This document shows, in pieces, positions 1 through 13,124 of a stretch of DNA of 64,000 nt (position 1 is its first letter; every line of letters starts with the position of its first letter). The stretch is from contig NC_057731.1 of assembly GCF_004010195.1 (NCBI RefSeq), positions 19,955,899 to 20,019,898 on the forward strand, given 5' to 3'. The notes below the pieces were generated by a model. It searched no databases. It was not told the DNA's origin and was given only the letters and a program-made list of their open reading frames with translations. The position numbers and the translations under genes were made by a program. The DNA comes from Chiloscyllium plagiosum (Eukaryota).

Positions 1-2736
1 TTAATAAGGCCCAGATGTTCAATTCTCAGTGGAGATGGAAATAGGTGCAGAAGCAATTTAAAAATCCAATGCTCAGTCTGGTCACACCATTTAAGTGAAT
101 TAAATTTCAACTGATCAATTTATGTTTAGCACCTATCCATTCAAAGCAAGAATATAAATAAAAAATCTGTATTGTTTGCCTTCAAATAACACGGCAAATG
201 AAATTGATTTTTTTAAAGTCATAGGCATGCTTACAACTGTTATCTTTCAGAGGTTCAGCTACTGAGACTCTCCTGTTGTGATGTATAAAATGCCATTATC
301 AGTGACTGCTATACTGATGTAAGAAACAAACTGAAAAGTCAACCAAAGGTCTGCTTCTAAATGGACTCTGTTAGTCAATGGTTTCTCGTTGTGCATTAAA
401 TTCAAATGATACTGGAATAGAAAGTTTCAGAAACAATTAATACTTAGTGGTCAGTCAATTAAAGCATGTGAAACGCATAACTCATTCACTAATTATGTGT
501 TGCTGAACAGAGACAAAGCCATTCATCAAGGTAGTGAAATACACACTTTAAGGACTAACAAGTCCACATGAAATTAATTAGGTGGAACATCTTGACTGTT
601 ATATTTCTAGGACATTAATCATTTCTCTGATTATAATGACAGCATTACTGTTGCCTCAAATTTTACTATTGCATACATTTTTAATTCTCATTGATGAAGA
701 AATCCTGAGCAGACTGTCAAGACTCACTGGAGCAGTACACTGGAAATCAAGTGCTATTCCTAGAGTTGTCAGAAATGTGAAATGATCTAGTCAAACCAAA
801 CCATCGAAAGTCCCCAATTTACTTGACTGATGAAATCACCGACAAACTTTTAAAACCTCACCAGTTTCTGTACTTAGCAAGAAAATAACTGTTCATTATG
901 ACCAAATTGTCAATAGCCAGTACCAATTAGAAATTATGAATTGTTAACTTATAATTCTACAAATTAAACTCTATCCTTTCTTAAATTCACCATTTCACAA
1001 TCAGACAGAAATAACATAGACATTAAGGTTGGGAAAAGAATCAGGGAAGCACAGTTCAATAGCACCAGTCTAGACCACAGGAGTTGATGAGTTTGTTTTT
1101 CCAAATCCAATAGTTCTTTGTTGCAGACATGAGGTTCTTTAAACATTGATGTTCTCTTTCATACACTTTACACATTTCAGAATATTACAGCTGACTGGTG
1201 TAAAAGTGAGTTGTGCCTTCCTCTGACTGTTTTCTGCTACGAAAGATCAGAGCATAATCTTCTGCCAGAATGTAGAATTCCCTTCTTACATAAAAATAGA
1301 AAATGCCAAAGTAGAAATCTCATGCATGCATTCATTTTCGCATGTATCTGAAAGCTTTTATTCCTCCTTTAACAGTGAATTTATAGAGGAATGTAAGTGG
1401 AAGACAGCCAGCTGTAATTGGAGACTTTCTGGTACCTCACACAAGAGAAAGAGACAGATTGTTTTTATGCTTTCTCTTTGCAGGCTGGGTGATTTGCTGT
1501 TGCACTTGCCCTCACAAAAGCCACAGTCATCTGGACAGCAGCCAATCAAGATGTTATCAAGCAATTTTTCTCTTTTTAGTTCAGAAACCATCAGCTCCTT
1601 GGTGTCTACTTTTAATCCCACTGCTGCAGGGAAAACATTATGGAGCCAGATCTTTTAAGGCATGCATGATATTTCTACTTTGGCATTTTCTATTTTTATG
1701 TAAGAAGGGAGCTCTACATTTTGGCAGAAGGTTATGCTCTGTTCTTTCGTAGCAGAAAACAGTCAGAGGAAAGCACAACTCATTTTTACACCAGTCAGCT
1801 GTAATATTCTGAGATGTGTAATGTCCAGGCATCTACTTTGACAGTTACTGTCAAAGGTTAAGTAGATGAAGTAATTGTGATGTTAGAGAGCTGAGAGGGT
1901 AGGATGCCAGAAGGGTAGGATACAAGTTGACTTTGTTTGGATACTAGATGAATTGGGGATATGGTGCCAGCTATGTAGGGTGCCAATAGGGTAATGTGCC
2001 AAGTGGGTAGGGTGCCAGGTTGAAAGGTGGCAAGGTAAGTGATATAGTGTTGAGGATAGGTGGGAGAGGTTGGGTCAGATTTGGTGTTGGATGGGGTCCA
2101 GCAGTCAGGTCCAATGCAAGGGCTGGGCACAGGTGAGTGGGACTGGTTTGAGAGCAGGAGTAGTCTTTTCGGTCTAACTGGGGAAAGTGTTGTTTGATTG
2201 CAGGGAGAAATGTCGGATTGGCCCTGACAACAAGGGGTTATGTCTGTTGTGAGAGGACTGGGTCCCAGCGTAACGGTTCTGGTTAGATGCAAGGGAGTTG
2301 TCAAGTCAGGTTCTGGGAGGCAGAACTGCTCTGGGAGATGTGCAGATGTTATTATGTGAGGTAAGTATGTGGTCAATTGAATAGTTACTCAGGAGTTAGA
2401 CTATCTAATTAACTGTCTAACTTTTCCTGAATAATTATTTTGTTTAATTTCATAAGAACCATCTGAATTCTCTGATTTTAAACTGAGACTTTGAGTGGGT
2501 TCCAGGTGTTGAGGAATTACTTTGGAGTCTGCTATAATGAGAATTTTGTGCCGTCCCCATGCACAACTCCCTTCCACATTGGAATAACAACAGTCTGGCC
2601 AATGAAAAATCGGGACCACTTTTAAAAATTCCATGCGCTACAGTAAACATGATATTTAAAACTGCAACCATTTTTAAATCTTGGTTTAAAGTAGTATCTT
2701 TCTTTTTAAAAAAAGTGGTCTTTACAAGAATAAACC

Positions 2737-3108
2737 ACTTGGAGCAAAGAAGGATGAGAGATGACTTGATAGATGTGTACAAAATGATGAGAGTCAAAGA
2801 TAGAGTGGATAGCAAGAGACTATTTCCCATGGTGGAAATATCTATCACGAGGGCGAAAAACTTTAATGTAATTGGAGAAAGGTTTAGTGGAGATATCAGA
2901 GTTAGGTTCCTTAGACAGAGAATGGTGGATGGGTGGAATGTTCGGCTGGCAACTGTAGTAGCGTCAGCTGCATTGAGGATATATTAAGCGACTATTGGAT
3001 AGGCAAATGAATGATAGCATAATGAAGGGCGTGTAGGCTAGTCTGACCTTAGAGTAGGATAAAACTCTAAGGACCGAACGTCTGCACTGTGCTGTACTGT
3101 TCTGTGTT
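2737..3108 (+). mobile_element. CR1 LINE 3' fragment (ORF2 C-terminus plus 3' UTR)
   Basis: ORF 2559-2987 contains LEQRRMRDDLIDVYKMM...LFP...RQRMVDGWN, the typical CR1 ORF2 end. Tail is ctgtgctgtactgttct. Confidence 0.85.
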
Positions 3109-3109
3109 T

Positions 3110-3950
3110 CATGCTTCAAATAGCTTGAGGATTCTTACCAATTGTTGAATGTGGGAGGGAGTGATGTGTGTGAGATCAGGAAGCTTTGTAGGTGCGTTAG
3201 GCCAAGACGTCCACTTAGGCTCATCCTCCCTGCAGCCCTTCTCCTCATCCATACAGGGAGCAAGGATCTCATACCTATTGGATAAGGTCAAGAGCTGAGG
3301 CTCCTTAACTCCTGAACTCAGGATCCCCTAACTATGTCACTTCCACTGACACCTTATTATCCCTGATCACTAACTGAATTTGAATTTCTTAATCCACCGG
3401 GTGTGACTCCTCCTGAAACAAAGTATCCAGATAACTCCCCCCCCACCCTCCCCCCCCCCCCCCCCCCCCATTCCAGATGGGCTGCAGTGTTTGAAGCTCA
3501 GATTCCAGATCATCAATTCTAATCCGGAGTTCTTCCAGCAACCAACATTTGCTGCAGATGTGATCACCTCCGTTCACACTGGGATCAGCCAGCTCCCACA
3601 TCACAAAGATTCAGCACGTCACCTGCCCAGCCATCTCTACTTAGTTAATTAATACGAATTTATGAGTTAAATAATTTCTAGTACTTCTCTGCTACGGTGA
3701 TCTTCCAATAATCAATTAATAGATAAATAAAAAAGAAAATAAATTTTTAACCAATCACACGGTACAGAAGAAATAGAACTAGAAATAGAAAAGCCTTACC
3801 TTATCAACCCACCACAGAGTCCTTTTTATTTTGGTTAGAGGAGGAGGGCGGGTGGGAGACACTACATGTGATGTCTCTAGTTCAACCACTGGCCAAATAT
3901 ACTCCTGGCAGCCCCCGATCTTCGGTGTCGCCTCTCCCTCTGCTCCTGTA
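3110..3950 (-). mobile_element. CR1 LINE 5' fragment (5' UTR plus decayed ORF1 N-terminus)
   Basis: MWELADPSVNGGDHICSKCWLLEELRIRIDDLESELQTL (CxxC plus coiled coil) and LSNRYEIL motifs resemble CR1 ORF1. ATG at 3634. Interrupted by stops and a C-rich run at 3437-3469. Confidence 0.75.
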
Positions 3951-4103
3951 AAATGAATCTTAAGTATTTTATAAGACATCCTGCCACCCACTCTATTCAA
4001 GAGGAAGGAAACCCAATCTCTATGTCTAATGTGATACCTAAACTAGGTATTGATCGCACGATCCTGCTCTGAATCATTTCTAAAATCTGCACATCTCCTA
4101 CCA

Positions 4104-4361
4104 TGTTGGGGGGATTCAGTCTAGACAGAATATTCTCAAGGGCGAATATAGGTATAGGGTTCATTAAAGGGAAAGCATTATGTATTTAGTTGGGGGTGCT
4201 GCCCCTTTAAGTTAGTTGGTCAAGTGACCTGGAGGGGCAGACCTTGGGTCCAGCCTAGATCGGGCTGTGGAGGTGTGAACATGGTCTGTAAAGTGTTTCT
4301 GGTCAGATTTATCATGTGTCTACCTAGTATCTAAGTCCTGGTTAGAAAGGAAGCACCAACG
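4104..4361. mobile_element. possible short solo LTR
   Basis: Begins TGTTGG and ends CCAACG (near-inverted termini); internal gggtgctgcccctttaag. No clear TSD. Confidence 0.3.
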
Positions 4362-4867
4362 TAACAGAAAGGACTTTGGACAAACAGATCCTGCTGATTT
4401 ATTTTCACTAAATGGTTGTTAGAAATTATTCACTGGTACTTCTTTTTTATCTGATACTTATTGGATAGTTTCCTTCTGATTTCTTCTCATTAGAGTGTTT
4501 GTTGGTGGTATGACAAAACTGTGCAAAGCTCCTTTCTGGTGACTATAAAACTTCAGCAAAGAAAACCTTGTTACTGACCAAGCAATTATGCTAATTGCCA
4601 GAGTTGACAAAGCTAATAGGGATTGCAGAGATGGTGTATTGTCATCCTCTTTTTGTACATGATAATTGTCTGAAAAATGCTCGATGCCATCGCTGCACCA
4701 TGCATCATTTCAAAGTTATAGTCTAATTATTTGAGTGAAATATTTTAATGGTCTGTGTCTCAATGTCATCCCTATTTAGTAATGCAGGCTGAGCAATTAG
4801 CTTCCACATCCTGCATATTTTGATCCAACATCTACCTTTTTTAACATTATGTGAACCCCTGAGTGTA

Positions 4868-5605
4868 CTCAAGGATGCCTTCATAATAGGGTATAATGCT
4901 CAACTCATTGATCGCCAGTTCCGAGGACACAGCAAGAAACCATAATGACCTCCTCAGGAGACAGACACGGGTTGCAACCGATAGGGTACCATTTGTTGTC
5001 CAGCACTTCACAGGAGCCAAAAACTATGCCATGTTCTTTGCAGCCTGCAACGCATTATTGATGAGGATGAGCATCTCACCAAGACCTTCCCTACACATCC
5101 ACTTCTCGCCTTCAAACAACCGCCAAACCTGAAGCTGACGATTGTTTGCAGTAAGCTGCCCCAGCTTTAGGACAGCATCAACCACAACACCATACAACCC
5201 CGTCATGTCAACCACTGCAAGACATGTCAGTGTCGACACGGATACCACCATTACCTGTGGGGACACCAACTACCATGTATACGGCAGGCACTCATGTGAC
5301 TCAGCCAACGTTGTCTATCTCATACATTGCAGGCAAGGATGCCCTGAGGCATGGTACTTTGGCGAGACCTAGCAGACACTACGACAATGGATAAATGGAC
5401 ATCACGCAACAATCACAGACAGGGGTGTTCCCTCCCAGTCAGGGAACACTTCAGCGCTCAGGGACTTAGATCTTTGGGTGACCATCCTCCAAGACAGAAT
5501 TCAGGATAGGCAACAATGCAAAGAGGCCGACAGAGGCTGATAGCCAAGTTCAGTACCCATGGAGAGGGCCTCAACCGGGATCTTGGGTTCATGTCACATT
5601 ACGGG
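4868..5605 (+). mobile_element. Penelope-like element fragment (RT thumb/linker plus GIY-YIG endonuclease, Neptune-type)
   Basis: DLLRRQTRVATDRVPFVVQ, LLAFKQPPNL, and SCDSANVVYLIHCRQGCPEAWYFGET (GIY-YIG bipartite motif). Frameshifted. Confidence 0.9.
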
Positions 5606-6094
5606 TGACCCCACTACACTGTACACTCTCTCACTCACACACAAGCACCCAGAGAAAATCCACGCAGCCACAGGGAGAAAGTGCAAACTCCATACAGACA
5701 ATTGTCCAATGCTGGAATTGAAGCCAGGTCACTGGCACTGAGGTAGCGGTCCTGACCACTAAGGCACCATTGATTTCACTTGTGTCATTTAGCAAAAATG
5801 CTCAATCTGAATATGCCAGAAGACCGCTGCATATGTGCCAGCATATTGTGTATTTGATGTTTGCATTGAGTGAGGTTATCAACACATCAGTAAACGACAA
5901 GTGTCTGTCTTAAACACTCTTCCTCATTCTTAAAATGGCCTGTATTTGCTTCACATTAAGTGAATAAGTAGTACTCGATAGATTCTGAAGGAATGTATAT
6001 TTACTACATGTGTGAAAGTAGCTATTATACAAGTGAATATGGGCAACACTGGAAATGGTCTATGTCTTAGAAAACTAGTTGACTTATGCACTTT

Positions 6095-6560
6095 TTTATT
6101 TATTCAATGGGGGCACAATTGGCCATGCCAAAGCCTATTGTCCATCCCAATTGTTCTTTAGAAGGTGAGGGAGAGCCATTTTCTTAAAATCCCAAATGGC
6201 GAAGGTTATGCCCATAGGGTCTAAGGTAGGTATTTCCAGAATTTTGGCCCAGTGACAATAAAGTAGTGGTGGGCCACACACTTCCAAGTCAGAATGATCT
6301 GTGACGTGACAGAGACTTGCAGATAGTAGTGCTCCCAAGCATCAATTGTTCTTGCCCTTCTAGGTAGTACAGGACATGGGTTTGAATCAGTGAACAAGCC
6401 TTGGAAGCTTTCTGAAGCATATTTTATAGACAGCAGACACTGCTCCCAATGCACACCATTGGTAGTGGGAATGAATAATTAAGACAGTGAGTTGTTGGTA
6501 TGTCCTGAATAATGTTAAAATTCTTGACTATTATTCAAGTTGCATTTATTCCAACAAATG
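6095..6560 (-). mobile_element. LINE-B (CR1-group) decayed 3' end
   Basis: Homologous by eye to 37330-37750 and 20880-21150. Tail is the reverse complement of caattgggatggacaatagg. Confidence 0.7.
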
Positions 6561-6807
6561 AGTACAGTAAAATATCGCCATGTAAGTATTTATTGTTTGC
6601 AAATCCACTTAACTGTGTAAAATACTTCACCAGTTGAAGGCCCACAGTGTTCAGTGATAGTAAGGACCTGGAAAATTCGATTAGTATCTTAAGCCTCATG
6701 CCAGTTATCTCCTTGGGTTAATTGTTTCTGCAGTTTTCACTCACACATATTTTATGATAAATCAATTACAATCATATCAGAATGAATTCCATGTCACAAG
6801 AATTGGT

Positions 6808-7108
6808 GGGCGGCACGGTGGCCCAGTGGTTAGCACTGCTGCCTCACAGCGCCAGAGACCCGGGTTTCAATTCCCGCCTCAGGTGACTGACTGTGTGGAG
6901 TTTGCACATTCTCCCCGTGTCTGCGTGGGTTTCCTCCGGGTGCTCCGGTTTCCTCCCACATTCCAAAAATGTGCAGGTTAGGTGAATTGGCCAGACTAAA
7001 TTGCCCCTAGTGTTAGGTAAGGGGTAAATGTAGGGGTATGGGTGGGTTGCGCTTCGGCGGGTCGGTGTGGACTTGTTTCCACACTGTAACGTAATCTAAA
7101 AAAAAAAA
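6808..7108 (+). mobile_element. HE1 (V-SINE family) tRNA-derived SINE, young
   Basis: A box TGGCCCAGTGG, B box GGTTTCAATTCC, V-domain tgtgtggagtttgcacattctccccgtgtctgcgtgggtttcctccgggtgctccgg, CR1-like tail and A run. Confidence 0.92.
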
Positions 7109-7619
7109 TTCCTTTAAAGTCATGGATGTAAGTAAGCTTTGTGCTCTTATAGAACATGCACACTTGAATATTATTGAATATTATTGACAATATGCTAGCC
7201 AAAAAAAGTAAAAGGAAAGCTATTTCTAAGACTAAATCTATGAATGAATATTTGGCCACCAAATAAACAACATTACTTAACATGAGTTGTTGTTTTCAAT
7301 GAGCTGTCATTTATTCGGAAGAACTCAGAAACTCAGCTTTCTGCTTCATGCGCTTTTTAAAACACTTCTGTCTATCTTTTCCTAATGATGTCCAATCTGG
7401 ATGTGTACCTACTGCCAAAGCACTAAGCTCATTCATGGTTTTAAAAGGATCCTTGTAACATCATGAAAATAATTTAATCTATTTTGTGGTATTACAACTG
7501 TAGAGTATTTTCTAGGTATTAACAAATTATTCACAAAGATTTCCTCTATTTAGCTTATGTAAGTTGTCTTCTTTGTGAGAATGGAAAACAAGTCCATGGA
7601 TATTTAGTTCTAATAGATT

Positions 7620-8160
7620 CATAGGAACAGAGGACATATGAGCTGGAGTTGGCCATTTGGTCCTTTCAACCTGCTCCACTATTCAGTTAAGAGCAAGGAT
7701 GATCTAGTTGTCTTAAATGCACTTTCCTGACTGCATGCATTATTCTCAGCTCCCTTGTCTATCCAAAGTCTATTGCTCTCAGCCTTGATTAAATTTAAAG
7801 ACCCAGCAACCAAACCCCTTTTGGAGAATGAGAATTCTACATTCTACAATTGACAAGAAAACAACTGCCTAAAAAAGAGAGACCTCTTACTTTTTGCCTA
7901 GTTTTTTGTTTGCCCCATAAGGGGAAATGTCTTCTGGTTATCAACACTATCCAATCCCTGCCTCTTCCAGTTATTAGAGATAACCCTTTCATCCCAGCAA
8001 TGAGTTCCGTAAACCTTCTTTAAATTGCTTTAATGTAATTACATTATTTTTCCAACAGGGAGACCAAAGTTTACATAGTGCTAAAGATATGATCTCACCC
8101 ACAGCTAGTACAGCTGCAGTAAAACCCTTTTTTTTATATTCCATTCCCCCTGCAAAGAAA
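7620..8160 (-). mobile_element. old CR1 LINE 3' fragment
   Basis: Reverse-strand CR1 tail (ggagttggccatttggtcc...cctgctcc) and ggagaccaaagtttacatagtg (reverse of a HYVNFGLP/EYCVQFWSP-like motif). Confidence 0.7.
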
Positions 8161-8644
8161 AAAGTTTAATTTGTCTTATGGTCATTTGTAGAGTCAGTTC
8201 TATTACTTTACTTTGTTCTATTGTGACACAATGGAGTATGTTTACAGCTTTAGCTATTTTTAACAAAAAGCATAAATGGCTGAGTAAAAAGTAAGCAATA
8301 TGACTATTTTTGCTGAAAGAGAAACAAAGAACAATAGCATAAGGTCTTCTGACACAGCAGCAATTGAACTTCTAATATAACCAACAGAGCTGAATTTCAT
8401 TTTCTTTACATGTTTAATATTAGAGTACAAGAATTTTCATGCCATTAACTAGAAGGACAATGTTCATACTGTTCTCGTGTAAATAATCAAAATTTTAATG
8501 AAAATTCTGTGAGTTTCTTAGTACTGTAATGACATTACTTAGCAACTTCAATTCATCTTTAACTATGCAAGCAATTTGTGCTGCCTTTTCTGTTGAGTTT
8601 TAATTTCACTTACCATTAAAATAAACAGGAAGAATCCTGTGAAG

Positions 8645-8855
8645 ATTCTTCCCTAAAGGATGTTTGTAAACCAGATGAGCATTTCCTAATAATCAGCCAT
8701 GGATTCATGATTATCATTCAATTCTTATTTCCAGATCTTTATTTACTTCAAATTCCACCATCTGCCGTGGCAGAATTCAAACCCAGGTCCCCGCAGCATT
8801 ACTTTGGTCTCTGGATTAAAAGATCAGCAATAATGCCGCAAGCCATCACTTCCCC
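8645..8855 (-). mobile_element. SINE-B 5' half (tRNA-like head and body)
   Basis: Reverse complement begins ggggaagtgatggcttgcgg, has B box GGTTTGAATTC and body catctggtttacaaacatcctttagggaag. Homologous to 24100-24282. Confidence 0.8.
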
Positions 8856-11800
8856 TTGGTTAGCTCAGAACAGACCAGTGATTCAGTCTGCAATCTTATT
8901 GACCTCTAGTCTCAGAAGTACATTGACAGGACATTCGTACAATCAATGATTGGAGGAAGTGTATTGCAGTAATAGTGATAAAATCAGAAATTGAAATATA
9001 GCATTAAAAATGCACTAAATAAGAAATGCATTAGAGCCCATCACTGCCCATTGGACTTTTCAAAATTATCATTTGCTGACTTCAAAACTAGACCTATTGA
9101 TGATATATAAGAAAGTATATGCTTATGATAACCTGTGGCACTTACTGAAGTTACCTAGCTTTACATATCCTGGCTGTTTGCCATCCTGGCATAAGTGCAA
9201 TGGAATTGTGTTCCCACTTACTTATGACCCAAACTGGGGAGGGAGAATTCCTATGTAGAAGTGCATCAGAGACCCCTACTCTGAAATGTCAATCAATCTG
9301 TCAAAGTGTTACTATTTCACTAAGCCCTGTGTGTGATTGGTATAATTACATGTAAAAAAATAAGTAAGGTTATGGCAGCTCATAGTTCTAAAGATTTGGA
9401 ATTTTAAGTATACCTTCCATAACATGCAGGTACTGTTTGTTGAGAGTTAACTGAGCAGAATACAAGACTCAATCCTTCAAATACAAAAACAAGAGCTAAT
9501 GTAAAAATGATGTATCAAGTCTCACTGTCAGAATTCTGCAGCTCTGTAGAGATTCTACACATTGTGTCATTGTTCCAAGATCACCTTTCATTCTAGGTGG
9601 AAGGCATCAAGTCCTTCGGACGATGTCAGATCTGGGAGGGTTTAGTTTGTTAGATTTTGTCTGAAAAGGTTTTAAGCAAGAACACAACTTCAGTAGCAGA
9701 TTTTGGACTAAGACTGCACTTTAAATAGAACTCCAATGACAGAAGCAGGAGCTAATCCATTACTTTCAGTTGTCCTTTTAGTGAGTGAAGCGCAAGTTAA
9801 AATACTGCAGACCAGGCTGGAGAGAAGAATCTAATCAGAAGCAGGTCCTAGCAGCCAAAAGATTCAACAAAGTCTAACTTTGCGAGTGTATTAACAGTGA
9901 GATGAATAGTGGGTGAGTGGAAGTTTTAGTCAATTCCATTGATTGCAACTTGATGGAATAATGATGATGACTGCTGACAGTTTCATTGTCAACATCACCA
10001 TGAAATCCAGGCTTGAATGTGTAATACAACACAGTAATAGATTTCTGGAAGCCAGTTATTTAATCAGGCTTGTCAAAATATTACAATCAATACAAATCTA
10101 ACAGTCACAACAAAAGCACTGTGTCTCCACAGCAGCAATGTTACTGGATCCTCTGATTCCAGCAGTGGTATAATTTAATGAAAGCATACATCGTACGTAA
10201 GTCAGTAGTGAACAGAGCAAGTGGTAAGTTGGACAGAACCATTTATTCCTGCTGTTTGTAATTTGCAGCTCTGATTTTTATAATAGCTGCACTAAATATT
10301 AGAGGCACATTCAGAGTCAAGACAAGCTGAAAATGTTTGCTTTAATCTTTTCAATGATGGAATTTCAACACCATTCAAATTCTGTTGCAGATTCAAATTG
10401 ATTAATTCTGATGCTTGGTGTTGTGTTTGAGCTCAATTTATTTTTTAGCAAAAGCACCATCTAGTACTATTCCTGAAGTTACAGGGACAGATTGGCCTTC
10501 CACAAGGACAAGTCAAATGGAGGAACAAGAGCCAGGAAAGATCTCTACAAGCAATGTGCAATCCATTCCAACAAGGATTATAAACAGAATGCTCACCTTC
10601 TCATGGAAAAACCCCGCTTAACATTAACTACTACTGTTACAGGCTACAAAGCACGTTGAATTAAAATAATTCTGTACTTTGATACCATTTGTTACAAAGG
10701 CACTTTGCGCATAATTTTGCTCGGAGCACTGAAATTTTGAAGGGTTGTGGAAAAGGGTTTCAAGTTTTATGGACATATATGGATTGGTTTCTTTAAAAGG
10801 AAGTTCACTGTGGTCCATGGAGGTTTTAATTTTCTAACAAGACTTCATAGAAATCTCTCGAATATTGCTGAATAGAGAGACATTTTGTCGAAGGTTGTTA
10901 CTAGGATGCAAATTCAACGGGAAAACTAGCATTTATAATTCACAGGAGGAGACTGTGATTGGTTGGTGAGTGAAATTTGATTGGTAGATTCATTACAATG
11001 GAAAATGCACCTATGGCTATGGTCATAGATAATGGCTGTTCAATTCCCAAAGGCTACACCATCATGAATAATTATTGTTAAGGTAGTGATAGTGAGATTA
11101 ACTTAATTCTTCACTAGCTATAGATTACTGATGGAGATCTGGTCAGATTAAGTTCCTAATTTCATGTCTAAAATTTACTAGGAAGTTATGAATAGTCTTG
11201 AGTATAACACAGTTAAAATCATCTGTATATCATCCATGTACATAAGGCACTTCAGAAAGGTACCATCAAACCCTCAAAACAGTGATCAGGACATAATGTC
11301 ATAAATCTCCTCATGACTGGGAGAAAGGACTTCCTTGTTAGTCACTCTGACTCACCTAATCTACTAATTTTAGCCCTTTTGAATTTGCTTTGGACATGCT
11401 GTAAGGGGGCAGATGAAACTAATCGAAGAAAAAATTTAAGACTGAAAGGCGGTCATTCATGTCAGATTATGTGTCCATGTTCCTGAACCAGCTCACATGA
11501 CCCTGCAAAGTAGCTCAAGAACACCTTAGAGTGTCGCAAACTTCTATGAAACAATGGGCCAACAAAGATGCCCAATCAGTTCAACCAGGGAATGAGGGAT
11601 TAGTATTACAGCCTTAAGGAGAACCATTGAAAGCATAGTTCAATGGTCCATACAGCATAGTCAAAATAATAGGAAAAATCTAATTAACACTCCAGATGGC
11701 TGGAGAAGGAATTGACTTGTCATATAAATACATTGAAGCATTATCACATTCAGGAGGGAGATAAGCAAGTGTCATTTAGTAAGGACAGGGGTGGATGAAA

Positions 11801-12084
11801 GGGATAGTGAGGATAATGAAGAAGGATGAGACAATTCTTAATTAAGACTACCTACTATCTATTTGGGTAACATTGAACTGTTATGGAGTTTGTCATGCTT
11901 GCATTATTACAGGCAGAAGATCAAAAAGACCTCGGAAAGTTACACACCAAATTTAAAATACCCTTTCTTGGTAAACCTGGGTGTTTAAATTTAGCCATAC
12001 ACATTATGGTTGTAGAATAATCCTCTCTTATAATAAAAAAAAGCACCCTTACCACTTGGGCCCTGGTGAAAGCAGAAATCAAGT

Positions 12085-12215
12085 AATAGTCTTTAGGGAA
12101 GGAAATCTGCCATCCCTACCTGGTCTGGTCTACATGTGACTCCATATCTGCCAGAATGTGATTGATTCTTAGCTGTTTTCTAGACAATTAGGAATGAACA
12201 ATAAATGTTGGGCTA
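12085..12215 (+). mobile_element. SINE-B 3' half (body fused to LINE-B tail)
   Basis: ctttagggaaggaaatctgccatccctacctggtctggtctacatgtgactcc is followed by caattaggaatgaacaataaatgttgg, matching the LINE-B tail at 13171-13195. Confidence 0.8.
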
Positions 12216-12749
12216 AAAATTGCTCCAGCAACTTTCCAAAGACCAATGAACCAAGTTCTTAATTGTGAAGTTTAATCTGATGATGTACTGAAACATAGTG
12301 ATACTAGAAAGGGTGACATGGAGTAACTTGGAGCTTTGTTTAGAAAATTACCAGCAGCTGATGGGACAATAAAAACTTGCCAAAAGTGAGTAACATATCT
12401 GAGCAATCAAAGGAAAGGGATATGTGATATGATATACAGCGAAAGTACAAGCAATAGTGGAGTTTTCTGCTCCTATAATTAATGGGAAATAATGAGATGT
12501 TTGGAGATGTGTGTGTTTGATTGCAAAAATAAAGTAAATTACAGCACTATAGTTGCTCCATTGACAAACTCACTCTAACGAAAAGCCAAAGAATTGTCTA
12601 TGTACTAAAAGTTAAAGTCACCGTAACCCTACCAGGCTTTTCTCATTAGAGAGAGAATTGACTGATGCTGGTTTAACCTGGGGGTCATCATGCCTGAGGC
12701 GAGGGGAGAGTTTGGGAAGGAGAGCCCATTGGTGTGGGATATACAGAAT

Positions 12750-13025
12750 TTTGGAAGATGGCAACCAATACATCAATTGTTGGCCATCAGCCTAAACTAA
12801 TGGAAGGTGTCATCAACAGGGCTATTTAGGAGCACCTGCTCAGCAACATCCTGCTCAGTGTCACTCAGTTTGGGTTCTACTGGGGCCATTCTCCTCCTGA
12901 CCTCATTATAGCCTTGGTTCAAACATCGAGGAAAGAGCTAATTTCCAGAGGCGAATTGAGAGTAACAGCCCTTGATATCAAAGCTACATTCATCAGGGAG
13001 CTTCAGCAAAATTGGAATCAATGGA
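12750..13025 (+). mobile_element. LINE-B reverse transcriptase fragment
   Basis: MEGVIN...HLLSNILLSVTQFGF..GHSPPDLIIALVQT..KELISRGELRVTALDIKA (N-terminal RT domains). Confidence 0.85.
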
Positions 13026-13112
13026 ACAGAAACAGAATTGCTGGAAAAACTCAGCAGGTCTGGCAATATCTGTGGAGAGAAATCAGAGTTAACGTTTTGG
13101 GTCCAGTGAAGA
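13026..13112 (-). repeat. Penelope-associated terminal repeat fragment
   Basis: aattgctggaaaaactcagcaggtctggc...aaatcagagttaacgtttt matches the left arm at 36041-36113. Confidence 0.7.
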
Positions 13113-13124
13113 GTCAATTTATTA

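Noticed and set aside
1326-1832. Overlapping ORFs and a good acceptor tttctctttgcag at about 1483
   Set aside because: No recognisable protein and no convincing donor; cannot support an exon without RNA-seq.
1858-2376. 172-aa Pro/Thr/Ser-rich ORF
   Set aside because: Explained by the C-rich low-complexity strand, which is poor in stop codons.
6808-6880. tRNA-like A/B boxes as a tRNA gene
   Set aside because: This is the head of an HE1 SINE and continues into the V-domain and tail.
9655-9728. Peptide ...KNTTSVADFGL resembling a kinase DFG motif
   Set aside because: No in-frame HRD motif upstream, a stop six codons later, no splice donor, and no other kinase exons seen; likely chance.
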